Source of the DNA: a bacterium
GTDB taxonomy: Bacteria; Zhuqueibacterota; Zhuqueibacteria; Zhuqueibacterales; Zhuqueibacteraceae
NCBI GenBank assembly: GCA_044869275.1
Contig: JBIOXB010000226.1
Span: 1 to 18,958, forward strand
Reading direction: 5' to 3'
Length of the DNA stretch: 18,958 bases
Part shown: positions 7,858 through 16,640 of the stretch, piece after piece
Layout of the letters: every line of letters begins with the position of its first letter
Numbering within the stretch: position 1 is the first letter of the stretch
The notes under the pieces: generated by a model
Seen by the model: only the letters and a program-made list of their open reading frames with translations
Told to the model about the DNA's origin: nothing
Database searches by the model: none
Translations under genes and position numbers: made by a program

Positions 7858-8769
7858 ATGTCTTCCCCTCTGGTCTGTGGTGTTATCCTAAATTTAAATG
7901 GTAAAGAATTACTGCTGGAAACGCTCGCTTCCGTCCAGCAGATGACTTACCCGAATCTTAAAATCATCGTGGTGGACAACGGTTCGACCGATGGCAGCCA
8001 AAGCGCCGTGCGCGCGCAATATCCGGAGGCGATCCTGCTGGAGAACGGCAAGAACCTCGGCTTCGGCGAAGGCAACAACATGGGTATTCGTTATGCGCTG
8101 GCGCACGGAGCAGATTGGGTTTTTCTCTTGAATAATGATATTCTCGTTGATCCGGATTTGTTAACCCAGCTCATGAGTGCCGCCGTTTCCGATTCCCGGA
8201 TAGGAATCTTGGGCCCGAAGATTTATTATCAAGCACAGCCCGAGGTGTTTTGGTACGCCGGCGGCCGGATCAATTTTTTTACCGGCTTGACTTCCCATCG
8301 TGGCATTCGCGAAACGGATCGCGGCCAATACGACCGCATCGAAGACACGGATTATATCACCGGCTGCGCCATGCTGCTGCGCCGGCAGGCATTGGAGAAA
8401 GTGGGCTTGTTTGATCCGGTTTATTTTCCCATTTATTCCGAAGACGCCGATTTGTCAGTGCGTGTGCAGCGCGCCGGTTATCGCTTGGTTTATGTGCCGC
8501 GAGCAAAAATGTGGCACAAGGTTTCCGCGTTCAGCGGCGGCGGCTTGACGCCTTTCAAGACCAGATTGAAAGTCGAACACAGTTTGATTTTTTTCAAACG
8601 ACACGCGAAATGGTATCACTGGCTGACCATGCCGTGGTGCATTGCCGGGCTGGCGCTGGTGTTCGTGGGCAAAGAATTGATGAAAGGGAATTTCGGCATC
8701 GTCTCGGCTTTATTGCGCGGGTTTGTGAAAGCGCCGGGAAAACTGCGCTCGCGGTCTTTGTCATTCTGA
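7858..8769 (+). CDS. GT2 family glycosyltransferase (WbbL/rhamnosyltransferase-like subgroup)
   Basis: VVDNGSTD, NLGFGEGNN, LLNND, ITGCAML, GLFDP-YF-YSEDADL and 'WHKVS' motifs. Confidence 0.92.
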   Translation: MSSPLVCGVILNLNGKELLLETLASVQQMTYPNLKIIVVDNGSTDGSQSAVRAQYPEAILLENGKNLGFGEGNNMGIRYALAHGADWVFLLNNDILVDPDLLTQLMSAAVSDSRIGILGPKIYYQAQPEVFWYAGGRINFFTGLTSHRGIRETDRGQYDRIEDTDYITGCAMLLRRQALEKVGLFDPVYFPIYSEDADLSVRVQRAGYRLVYVPRAKMWHKVSAFSGGGLTPFKTRLKVEHSLIFFKRHAKWYHWLTMPWCIAGLALVFVGKELMKGNFGIVSALLRGFVKAPGKLRSRSLSF

Positions 8770-8823
8770 GTTTGTTTTGCTATTCGCATATTTTTCGCAC
8801 TCGCAATTGTTCAGGAGCTTGCA

Positions 8824-9813
8824 ATGGCCGTGTTGGTAACCGGCGGCGCCGGCTTCATCGGCTCGCATGTGGTGAATGATTTGATCGCGCTGGGCCAGGA
8901 CGTGATCGTGCTCGATGATTTGAGCGGCGGATTCGCGGACAACGTGAATTCGCGCGCGACTTTGATCGTCGGCAGCATCACCGATGTGGCGCTGGTGGAA
9001 ATGGTTTTTCGCGAGCACCGCTTTGATTACGTTTTTCATCTCGCGGCCTATGCCGCGGAAGGGTTGAGCCATTTCATCAAGCGCTTCAATTACGAAAACA
9101 ACTTGATCGGCAGCGTGAACCTCATCAATGCCGCCGTCAACCATGGAGTCAAGTGCTTCGTGTTCACTTCCTCCATTGCGGTCTATGGCGCAGCGCAGTT
9201 GCCGATGCACGAGGAGCTCACGCCGGTGCCGGAGGATTCCTACGGCATTGCCAAGCTCGCGGTGGAACAGGAATTGAAAGCCTCGCGGCACATCTTTGGG
9301 TTGAATTACATCATCTTTCGCCCGCACAATGTCTATGGCGAGCATCAGAATCTCGGCGACAAATACCGCAACGTCGTGGGCATCTTCATGAATCAAATCA
9401 TGCGTGGCGAGCCACTCACGATATTCGGCGACGGCACGCAAACGCGCGCGTTCAGTTACATTCGCGAGGTCGCGCCGATTATTGCCAAGTCGGTGTATGT
9501 GCCGGAAGCGTACAACGAGGTGTTCAACATCGGCGCGGACGAGGTGTTTACGGTGAATGAGCTGGCGCACGTGGTGTGCCGGTCGTTCGGCGTGAAACCC
9601 AATCTCAATTATCTCGCCGCGCGCCAGGAGGTGCTGCACGCGCATTCGGATCACGCCAAGGTGCAGCGCGTTTTCGGGAGGCCGCAGCGGTTTTCGTTGG
9701 AGGAGGGCATCCGCGCCATGGCGGCGTGGGCGAAGCATGCCGGGCCGCGGCAAAGCAAAAAATTTGAAAACATCGAAATCATGAAAAACCTGCCGCCGAG
9801 CTGGTTAAAGTAA
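8824..9813 (+). CDS. NAD-dependent nucleotide-sugar epimerase/dehydratase (extended SDR, UDP-glucose 4-epimerase-like)
   Basis: TGGAGFIG Rossmann motif, HLAA, TSSIAVYG, catalytic YGIAK, RPHNVYG and GDGTQTRAF. AGGAG Shine-Dalgarno upstream. Confidence 0.95.
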   Translation: MAVLVTGGAGFIGSHVVNDLIALGQDVIVLDDLSGGFADNVNSRATLIVGSITDVALVEMVFREHRFDYVFHLAAYAAEGLSHFIKRFNYENNLIGSVNLINAAVNHGVKCFVFTSSIAVYGAAQLPMHEELTPVPEDSYGIAKLAVEQELKASRHIFGLNYIIFRPHNVYGEHQNLGDKYRNVVGIFMNQIMRGEPLTIFGDGTQTRAFSYIREVAPIIAKSVYVPEAYNEVFNIGADEVFTVNELAHVVCRSFGVKPNLNYLAARQEVLHAHSDHAKVQRVFGRPQRFSLEEGIRAMAAWAKHAGPRQSKKFENIEIMKNLPPSWLK

Positions 9814-9843
9814 ATTTGTTTGATCACATTTTGTTTTCGCAAT

Positions 9844-9867
9844 AGTTGTGCAAGCACAACTTTTTTT
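9844..9867 (+). terminator. Intrinsic terminator after the epimerase
   Basis: AGTTGTG-CAAG-CACAACT hairpin followed by a T-run, 30 bp after the stop. Confidence 0.7.
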
Positions 9868-9931
9868 ACGCGGAGCGTCATCGCATGCATTCCACTGCCG
9901 AGCGGTGGAACGAGAGTTTTCATACAGTCTG
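9868..9931. repeat. REP-like palindromic unit ending in a copy of the MITE terminal repeat (remnant element)
   Basis: ACGC-GGA-GCGT (9868-9878) and TTCCACTGC-CGA-GCGGTGGAA (9890-9910) hairpins, followed by GTTTTCATACAGTCTG (9916-9931). Confidence 0.6.
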
Positions 9932-9934
9932 ATT

Positions 9935-10052
9935 CAGACTGTGTGAAAACGCTTGGTTTCAACGCCGGCTGAGCTTGTCGAAGCCGGATTTTTGAACTTA
10001 GCACCCTTCGACAAGCTCAGGGTGCGGCATTCCCAAGTTTTCATACAGTCTG
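9935..10052. mobile_element. 118-bp MITE-like element with 16-bp terminal inverted repeats and an internal REP-like doublet
   Basis: CAGACTGTGTGAAAAC (9935-9950) and GTTTTCATACAGTCTG (10037-10052) are inverted repeats with 1 mismatch, with ATT on both sides. Internal perfect 15-bp inverted repeat CTGAGCTTGTCGAAG (9969-9983) / CTTCGACAAGCTCAG (10006-10020). Confidence 0.65.
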
Positions 10053-10089
10053 ATTCTTTCGGAATGACGCAAGTGCCACAGTGTTTTTC

Positions 10090-12510
10090 TCAATACACTC
10101 GCCATTCCAGCACTCCAGCGGTGAAGTTTGGCTGCGGCTGAACTTCCATCCGCAGAGTGTCCGTTCGCACCGTTTCAAAAACGACTTTGTTGAATTTGTT
10201 CTTCGCAATGCCCCACTCTTGCTGGTCGGCCCACACGCGGTGCCATGCGCCGTTAAAGCGCGCGAGGATGCGCCACGATTTTGGCACCCGGCACCTCTGG
10301 CCGTCGTCGTACCAGTAAACTTGCACTTCTGAAATTTCCTCGGTTCGAGCAAAACCATATTGCACCCACAAGGTGTCCTTACGCGTTGTCCAAATGAAAG
10401 CGTGATCGCGACGAACGGCTTCTGCGCTCGGGGTCCGCGCGTCATTGAGCGCCGACATTCCCTCGCCGCCGGAGGAGATCACCTGGCTGGTGGATGCCAT
10501 AGAAGGCCCGAAAAGCGGTTTGGCTTTGCCCGCCTCTGCCGCCAACCACACCGTCATTTCACTCGGGCCGCGGTGCGCCCAAGTGTAATAAGGCACGGCT
10601 TGAAATGATTGTTCGGCCATTTCGACGCCCTGCCCGTTTGACGAGAAGCGTGTAGCCTCAGCCTTGCCCGTGATGACCTGAACCTCGCGCAACAAATCTG
10701 GACGGAAATGAGACTGCAACCCGGCTTCATCGCGCAGCACCAGATTGAGCACGTGACCGTCATGGTCCACTCCTTCAGCGCAATACACTATCGGGCCGCG
10801 CTGCAAGGCGACGCGACCGGCATCTTCTTTTACTTTTTCATGGGCTCGAACGCGTTGCACCGGCATGGGCAAGTCGAGCGTAATTTGATCGCCTTTTTGC
10901 CAGCGGCGGCGAATGGGAAAATATCCTTTGGTGAGAGGAGCGGACAGCGCCTGGCCATTGACCATGAGGGTGACGGTATCACTGTCCTGTGGTTGAACGC
11001 GATACAAATCACTCGGAACCGGCTCGTGGCGCGCCCAGCCCGGAATGCGAACAAAAATTGTGAACTCCGCCGGCCTTTCGGGTGCAATCGTCATCTCGAC
11101 TTTTCCATCCCAAGGATAGCGCGTCTCCTGCATTACTTGTATCGTTTGCTGGGCTAGCTCAATTGACGCAGTTCCTGTGGCAAAGAGATTGACATAGATA
11201 GCGTCACGCGTTTGCGCATAAAGATATTGCGGCAAAGAGGCGATGAAGCGCGCCACATTGCCGGGGCAGCACGAACAATAAAACCACGGCCGGCGCTGGT
11301 GCTGGCCACGGGAGGCCAGCGGATTATCATAAAAGAATAGATTGCCTTCGAGAGAAATGCCCGATAAAAACGCATTATACAAAGTTCTCTCAAAGACATC
11401 CACATACTTGCCGTCGCCGCGCAACAAAAAGAGGCGATAGTTCCACAGCATGTTCGCGATGGAAGAACAGGTCTCGTTGTACGCCGTCATGTTCGGCAGC
11501 TCATAATTCGGACCGAAACCTTCGCCGAAACTCACCGAGCCCAGGCCGCCGGTGAGGAACAGTTTCTTGCCCACCACGTTATTCCACAATTGATCCAGCG
11601 CTTGTTCGTAACGCGTATCTTCTGTGAGCGCGGCAATGTCCGCCATGGCCGCGTACATATAGGGTGCGCGCACAGCGTGTCCAACGGCTTCATCTTGTTC
11701 GAAAATCGGCTTGTGATCTTGCGCGTATTCGCCCCAAAGCTCGCGGCCTTCGTGCGCGTGACCGCGTTCTTCCAAAAAGAATTTGGCCAGATCGAAATAT
11801 TTTTTCTCTCCCGTGATACGATAAAGTTTCACCAAGCCAATTTCGATCTCCTGATGCCCGGGCGGCAAACGTTTTTTGCTCGGTCCGAAAGTCGCCGCGA
11901 TCAGCTCGGCGTTGCGCAGAGCAATGTCGAGCAAAGTACGCTCGCCCGTGGCTTGAAAATGGGCGACGGCGGCTTCATACAGATGCCCGGCATTGTAAAG
12001 CTCGTGGCTGCTGCGCAATTTCGACCAGCGCGCCTCGCCCATGGCACCCACGAGCCGCTTCGCATTGTTCGTGCGCGCAGTATAGAGATAGCCATCGTCT
12101 TCCTGTGCCGCCGCGATTTGGGCAATCAATTCATCCAGAAATACTTTGAGTCGTTGCTCGTGGTTTTGTGCCAGTGCATACGAGGCGGCTTCGATCGTCT
12201 TATAAACATCCGAATCATCGAAGGGATAATTGCCGCGCTGCTCGCCTGTGATCAGCCCGCCGGCCAGGGCAAAATTAGCGAGGATGCCGGTCTCGCGCAG
12301 TTTTTCAAAAGCATGGGGAATCGTGACCTTGGCATTGGTGTGCATGCGCGCAACCCAGAAGCCGCCGCTGATTTGGACCTGCGTGCAGGAGAGGTTTTTG
12401 ATGGGATAATCCCTCTCCGGCGTCGGGGTGCATTCCAGGAGCAGGGTCGCGGCCAGGAAGGCAAGCAGCGCCTGGAGTGTCGCACGTCTCATCGAGTTTG
12501 CGAAAACCAT
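10090..12510 (-). CDS. GH127 glycoside hydrolase (beta-L-arabinofuranosidase/HypBA1-like, DUF1680), probable lipoprotein, with a C-terminal discoidin/galactose-binding-like domain
   Basis: FDDSDVYK, HELYNAGH, GHQEIE, GHAVRA, E-x15-ETC and WFYCSCC (the HypBA1 catalytic Glu and Zn-binding Cys arrangement). LLLE-C signal end. AGGAGG Shine-Dalgarno. Confidence 0.93.
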   Translation of the reverse strand: MVFANSMRRATLQALLAFLAATLLLECTPTPERDYPIKNLSCTQVQISGGFWVARMHTNAKVTIPHAFEKLRETGILANFALAGGLITGEQRGNYPFDDSDVYKTIEAASYALAQNHEQRLKVFLDELIAQIAAAQEDDGYLYTARTNNAKRLVGAMGEARWSKLRSSHELYNAGHLYEAAVAHFQATGERTLLDIALRNAELIAATFGPSKKRLPPGHQEIEIGLVKLYRITGEKKYFDLAKFFLEERGHAHEGRELWGEYAQDHKPIFEQDEAVGHAVRAPYMYAAMADIAALTEDTRYEQALDQLWNNVVGKKLFLTGGLGSVSFGEGFGPNYELPNMTAYNETCSSIANMLWNYRLFLLRGDGKYVDVFERTLYNAFLSGISLEGNLFFYDNPLASRGQHQRRPWFYCSCCPGNVARFIASLPQYLYAQTRDAIYVNLFATGTASIELAQQTIQVMQETRYPWDGKVEMTIAPERPAEFTIFVRIPGWARHEPVPSDLYRVQPQDSDTVTLMVNGQALSAPLTKGYFPIRRRWQKGDQITLDLPMPVQRVRAHEKVKEDAGRVALQRGPIVYCAEGVDHDGHVLNLVLRDEAGLQSHFRPDLLREVQVITGKAEATRFSSNGQGVEMAEQSFQAVPYYTWAHRGPSEMTVWLAAEAGKAKPLFGPSMASTSQVISSGGEGMSALNDARTPSAEAVRRDHAFIWTTRKDTLWVQYGFARTEEISEVQVYWYDDGQRCRVPKSWRILARFNGAWHRVWADQQEWGIAKNKFNKVVFETVRTDTLRMEVQPQPNFTAGVLEWRVY

Positions 12511-12611
12511 GGATTCCTCCTACCAGTTGGTGGTAAGGGATGGAGAATTTCCGGTGATTTTGGGCTCTTGCAGCAACCACGGAAACGGCGAAAACAGGTT
12601 GAGCCAATGGC

Positions 12612-14522
12612 CTAGGGTTTGAGTTTGGCCTGGGAATCATCTTCAATTTCGAGATAAAACAGGTCGGTCGCAACTTCCCAGTTTGCTTTTGCGACGCCGG
12701 CAAGCGCTTCGGATTTCCACTCTGAGGCCGGAAAGATGAAATGAGGTTTGCCGTTGGCGCGCACTTTGATGGGCATGTCAAACTCCGCCACCTCCGCTTG
12801 CCAGCGAAACGCCACGCGTTGCTGCTCAAACTTGACTTGCAAGACCGGCAGGCCGGCGTGATATAAATACTGCTCGAAGATCGGGCCGAAGTCGCGCTTG
12901 AAGTAGGAGTTGAAAAAGTTGATGACGTCGGCGGTATAAATGTTCTTATATCTAAAATGCTCCGCATAGTCCCGCAGCATCGCCCACCATTTGGGATCAT
13001 CATCCACCACGTGCCGCAACGTGTGCAAGAACAGCGCGCCTTTGAAATACTGATCGCCCGTGGGCCAGTGATTGACGCCGGCGGGTCCGATGATCGGCTC
13101 TTTGTTTTGCACCTTGCTTTTGTAGCCGTTGAAATACCTGAGCGCGTCTTCGTATCCAAACAAGCATTCGACGTAAACGCCCTCGGCATAGGTGCACCAG
13201 CCCTCCTGAATCCAGGCGTCGGAAATGTCGTTTGCCGTCACGCTGTTGCCAAACCATTCGTGCCCGCTTTCGTGAATGATGATGAAATCGAATTTCGTGC
13301 TCACCCCCACACCGGTCCAGTCACGCCCGAGATAGCCGTTTTGAAACAAATTGCCGTAAGTGACCGCGCTTTGATGCTCCATGCCGGAATAGGGCACTTC
13401 GATCAGTTTGTAACCGTCCCGGGGAAAGGGATATGCACCGAAGTATTTTTCATAGCATGCCACCATGGGTTGGGCTTGCGCAAATTGCCTTTTTGCCGGT
13501 TCAAGATGATAAGGCACAACGTAGTAATCCATCGTTAATTCGCCGAGCCGTTCGGAAAAATGCGTGTACTTGGCAATGTTAAGCGAGACGCAATAGTTGT
13601 TGATGGGATAATGCACCTGCCAATTCCAGCGCGTGTAGCCGTCGTTGAGATCGGCTTTGCTTTGAAACCGGCCGTTGGAAATCACCATCAAATCCGAAGG
13701 CGCGGCAATGCTGATCTTCATGCTATCGACTTCATCCGGTTGTTGATCTTTGTTCGGCCACCACAAGCTCGCGCCAATGTTTTGGCAAGCGGTGTAGATC
13801 CAGGGATTGCCGAGCGAATCCTGTTTGAATGCAATGCCGCCGAAACGCCCGGTTTCGAGGGGGTGGCCGGAATAATGAAACACCAGGCCGTAGGTTTGGC
13901 CGGCTCTCAATGTCTCCGGAAAATCGACGAACACGGCGTTGAATTCACGGCTGTAGTTCAGCTTCTTGCCTGCGAAGAGAATACTGTCAACTTCCATATT
14001 GGCGAACAGGTCGATCTGGATGCGCCGATCGTCGGAAAGCATTTTGAAACGAATAAGATTGTGTCCGGAGAGAAATTTCTCTGCGACGTTCAATCGAATG
14101 TTGAGATCGTAAAACAAGAGATCGTTGTTCGCGCGAAATGTGCCGTAGCTGCCGCGTAACGTATCGCCGCGATCGAAGAAAAGCTTGCGCTCTTCCGGAT
14201 TGACCAGGGTGTCGTCGAATTCGAGCAGAATCGGAGCAATATTTTGATCCGACAAGCTCACTTCCTTGGGCCTGTAGTTCCTCGCACGAATGCTGAGCCT
14301 GGCTTTGCTGAACTGCGCCGGGATTCGCACTTCCCCGTTGATTTCCGAGCGCAAGGCATACGCCCGATCTTTGACATAGACCCGGGCACCGGCGATGGGT
14401 GTTTGGCGGGCAGCATCGGCGAGGTGCAGAAGAAAATGTTGTTGTGCCCGTGCCGAGCTTGGCAAGAGTGTATTCACCCACAATGCAGGAATGAGAAATG
14501 GGATGATGGCTCTGGCGCGCAT
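12612..14522 (-). CDS. Secreted M1 family zinc aminopeptidase with an N-terminal carboxypeptidase-regulatory-like domain
   Basis: Signal peptide, GMEH exopeptidase motif, HESGH-x18-E zinc motif and 'QYFKGALFLHTLR'. N-terminal 'DAARQTPIAGARV...NGEV' beta-sandwich. AGGAG Shine-Dalgarno. Confidence 0.93.
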   Translation of the reverse strand: MRARAIIPFLIPALWVNTLLPSSARAQQHFLLHLADAARQTPIAGARVYVKDRAYALRSEINGEVRIPAQFSKARLSIRARNYRPKEVSLSDQNIAPILLEFDDTLVNPEERKLFFDRGDTLRGSYGTFRANNDLLFYDLNIRLNVAEKFLSGHNLIRFKMLSDDRRIQIDLFANMEVDSILFAGKKLNYSREFNAVFVDFPETLRAGQTYGLVFHYSGHPLETGRFGGIAFKQDSLGNPWIYTACQNIGASLWWPNKDQQPDEVDSMKISIAAPSDLMVISNGRFQSKADLNDGYTRWNWQVHYPINNYCVSLNIAKYTHFSERLGELTMDYYVVPYHLEPAKRQFAQAQPMVACYEKYFGAYPFPRDGYKLIEVPYSGMEHQSAVTYGNLFQNGYLGRDWTGVGVSTKFDFIIIHESGHEWFGNSVTANDISDAWIQEGWCTYAEGVYVECLFGYEDALRYFNGYKSKVQNKEPIIGPAGVNHWPTGDQYFKGALFLHTLRHVVDDDPKWWAMLRDYAEHFRYKNIYTADVINFFNSYFKRDFGPIFEQYLYHAGLPVLQVKFEQQRVAFRWQAEVAEFDMPIKVRANGKPHFIFPASEWKSEALAGVAKANWEVATDLFYLEIEDDSQAKLKP

Positions 14523-14802
14523 GTTGCTTTCTCCTGGTCTGGAAGACTCTTGATAAACCTCGAAAACCTTTTTCTTTCGAGCATAAGAAAGGCCCGCTTT
14601 TTGCCATTTGCAATCGTGAAAACACGAGCAGCTTTTTGTGGCGGACTAAAATTCAAGGAGTTATTTCACCTGCTTTAGGGAACCAATAACCCCTATGCAG
14701 CAATGGCTTTTGGCTCAACGTGAAACACTGCGTCTCACCTGAAGCGATTTTGAGACATTTTTTGGCTTGAGAATTTGACGCGAACGCTTTGCACTGCCCA
14801 CC

Positions 14803-14830
14803 TTGACATCTCATCCCCCGCGCGTATTTT
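14803..14830 (+). promoter_or_regulatory. Putative sigma70 promoter pointing toward the PAS/kinase-like gene
   Basis: Perfect TTGACA (14803-14808), 16-nt spacer, TATTTT (14825-14830). Confidence 0.5.
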
Positions 14831-15293
14831 ATTCTCTTCAAAGGGACAATATCAGGAAGAGCAATTCCTGCCAGGCTGGTGAAATTCGATTTTTATCAGA
14901 GAGTAGTGCACCGTGCCATCTCTATCGTCCACGCCCAAATTGTTTTCGCCCTCTCCTGCGATGCTGGCGTTTCTTTTTCTGGTAACGGCAACAGTGGGTG
15001 GCATGGTTCCCGCAAAGGCACGCGCGGCCGGGCCGGAGGCGCAGAGCAGCAGCGCGAGGTGCAATGCGGCAGCCAGAATTCCTTTTCGCAACCTCGGCGG
15101 GCATGCGATACTCTAACGCATTTGCACTGCGCATTTCATTCTGAAACAACCGGACAGCACTTACACGCCGCTAAGTTCAGGAATCTAAGCGCAATTTATG
15201 TTTGTAAATCTGGCATTCCTTTTGTGAAAACGTTCAAGACGCAATCGGTGCAAACCAGATTCACACTTAACTCTGCGAACACTGGGTTTTGAT

Positions 15294-16484
15294 ATGCCAA
15301 CTTCGTTTGTTTCTCCCATCAATTCTCTGGCGGGGTTCGAGATGGAAGCCGTGCCAGACGAATCTGCCGTGCCGCCTCCCACCTCTCTGGCTGCGGTCGG
15401 CACGCTTTTGGAAGGCCTGCAAGAGGCCGCCTGTGTTGTGGATGAAGATTTGTGCGTGCGCGAATGGAACGCTGCCATGTCAGCGTTGACGGGTTTGCCC
15501 AAGCAGCAAGCGCTCCGGCAGCCGGTGTTCTCGCTTTTTCCAAAAAATTTCAAGCAAGGCTTGGAGGAAATATGCCGGGAAGCTTTTGTGCATGCCCAAA
15601 CCAGGAACCTCGCCGCGCCGGAGGCGGCGCGGGTATGGGACGGCGAGATTCAACAATTCCACGGTCTTGATGTGTTCCTGACTTTTCGCTTTCGCCTCAG
15701 CGTGTTGGAGACGGACGATGGCCTGTTGCTGGCTTTGCTCTCTTTGTGCGAAGTCCGGCACGAGCGCATGCTCAAGAAACACTTCGACTATCGCGAGCAA
15801 CTGAATTTGCTGGGCACGCTCAGCGCCGGTGTGGCGCAGGAACTGTCCGGCGCGCTGGATTCCATCAGCCACAAACTGGATGAGATCCTAAAAAGCGCGA
15901 AGGCGGCCGGCAACCAGACGCTGGCGCAAGACCTCGGGGATATCATTCCGCAGGTTTACCGCATCGGTTATCTCACCAACAACATCGTTTCACTGGGGCG
16001 GGATGTTGCGCCGCAATTGGTTTATCTCAATGTGAATGAAGTGCTGCAGGAAGCGCTCGGTTTTTTGGAGCAGACCCAGAAACGAAAAATCTCCTGCGTC
16101 ACGGCGCTCACGCCTTCCCTGCCTTTGATTGCCGCCGATCCGGTTATGCTGCAAATCGTTTTTCAGAATGTGATGAAATATGCACTGGAAGCGGCCGGCG
16201 AAGACGTCGTGCCGCGCGTGCACACCACGGCCGCCGCGGACCAGGAGGGGATTCTCATTCATATCGAAGATCGCGGCCCGCAAATAGACGAGGAAACGCT
16301 CGCCAATTTTTTCGACCCCGCCCACACGACGACGCGCTGGGGCCTGGCCATCAGCCTGGGATTGCTGCTGAGCAAAAAAGTCATCGAGGCCCATCACGGT
16401 TATTTCGAAATCAGCAGCCGCGCCGGCAACGGCACCAAGCTCACCATCTTTCTACCGGTGGTGGGGCATTGCGGCTTGCAGTGA
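15294..16484 (+). CDS. Cytoplasmic PAS-HisKA-HATPase_c protein (NtrB-like architecture) with degenerate catalytic motifs; probable pseudo-histidine kinase
   Basis: PAS 'ACVVDEDLCVREWNAAMSALTG'. H-box-like 'LGTLSAGVAQELSGAL'. N-box-like 'LQIVFQNVMKYALEA', then 'IEDRGPQI', 'FFDPAHTT' and 'LGLLLSKKVIEAHHG...GNGTKLTIFLP'. Alternative start at 15342. Confidence 0.88.
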   Translation: MPTSFVSPINSLAGFEMEAVPDESAVPPPTSLAAVGTLLEGLQEAACVVDEDLCVREWNAAMSALTGLPKQQALRQPVFSLFPKNFKQGLEEICREAFVHAQTRNLAAPEAARVWDGEIQQFHGLDVFLTFRFRLSVLETDDGLLLALLSLCEVRHERMLKKHFDYREQLNLLGTLSAGVAQELSGALDSISHKLDEILKSAKAAGNQTLAQDLGDIIPQVYRIGYLTNNIVSLGRDVAPQLVYLNVNEVLQEALGFLEQTQKRKISCVTALTPSLPLIAADPVMLQIVFQNVMKYALEAAGEDVVPRVHTTAAADQEGILIHIEDRGPQIDEETLANFFDPAHTTTRWGLAISLGLLLSKKVIEAHHGYFEISSRAGNGTKLTIFLPVVGHCGLQ

Positions 16485-16569
16485 TTTTCTCCCCAATTTC
16501 TCGGATGCTGTTGCTCAGTGTTTTCTCTTGTTGCGGAACCTGTATGCAAATCTGAGAATCGCGTGCATG

Positions 16570-16608
16570 AAACAGAAAAGGGGTAGACTATTCATCCACC
16601 CCTTCTTT
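16570..16608 (-). terminator. Intrinsic terminator for the small membrane protein gene, possibly bidirectional
   Basis: Minus strand reads AAGGGGTGGA-7 nt loop-TCTACCCCTT followed by TTCTGTTT. It sits between convergent genes. Confidence 0.6.
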
Positions 16609-16640
16609 CCTGATTGCAACACGCAACGATTCAAAACAGC

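Noticed and set aside
8759..8770. TGTCATTCTGAG at the GT2 stop (and GGAATGAC near 10061), resembling another REP-like family
   Set aside because: Matches are too short and lack partner arms; could be chance.
8761..9753. 330-aa ORF antisense to the epimerase
   Set aside because: Mirror-frame ORF caused by codon bias; no domain evidence.
9915..10056. 21-bp direct repeats read as a mini CRISPR array
   Set aside because: Only two copies with a 121-bp period, an inverted third copy, and no cas genes. A MITE explains it better.
11590..13189. Long alternative ORFs 11590..12615 (+) and 12305..13189 (-) bridging GH127 and the M1 peptidase
   Set aside because: They overlap two intact genes that have their own SD sites and stops. 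Their composition is typical of off-frame translation, and there is no sign of a frameshift fusion.
15294..16484. Calling the PAS-kinase-like gene a pseudogene or a sequencing error at the His codon
   Set aside because: The reading frame is intact, and substitutions occur at five separate catalytic motifs, which a single base error cannot explain.
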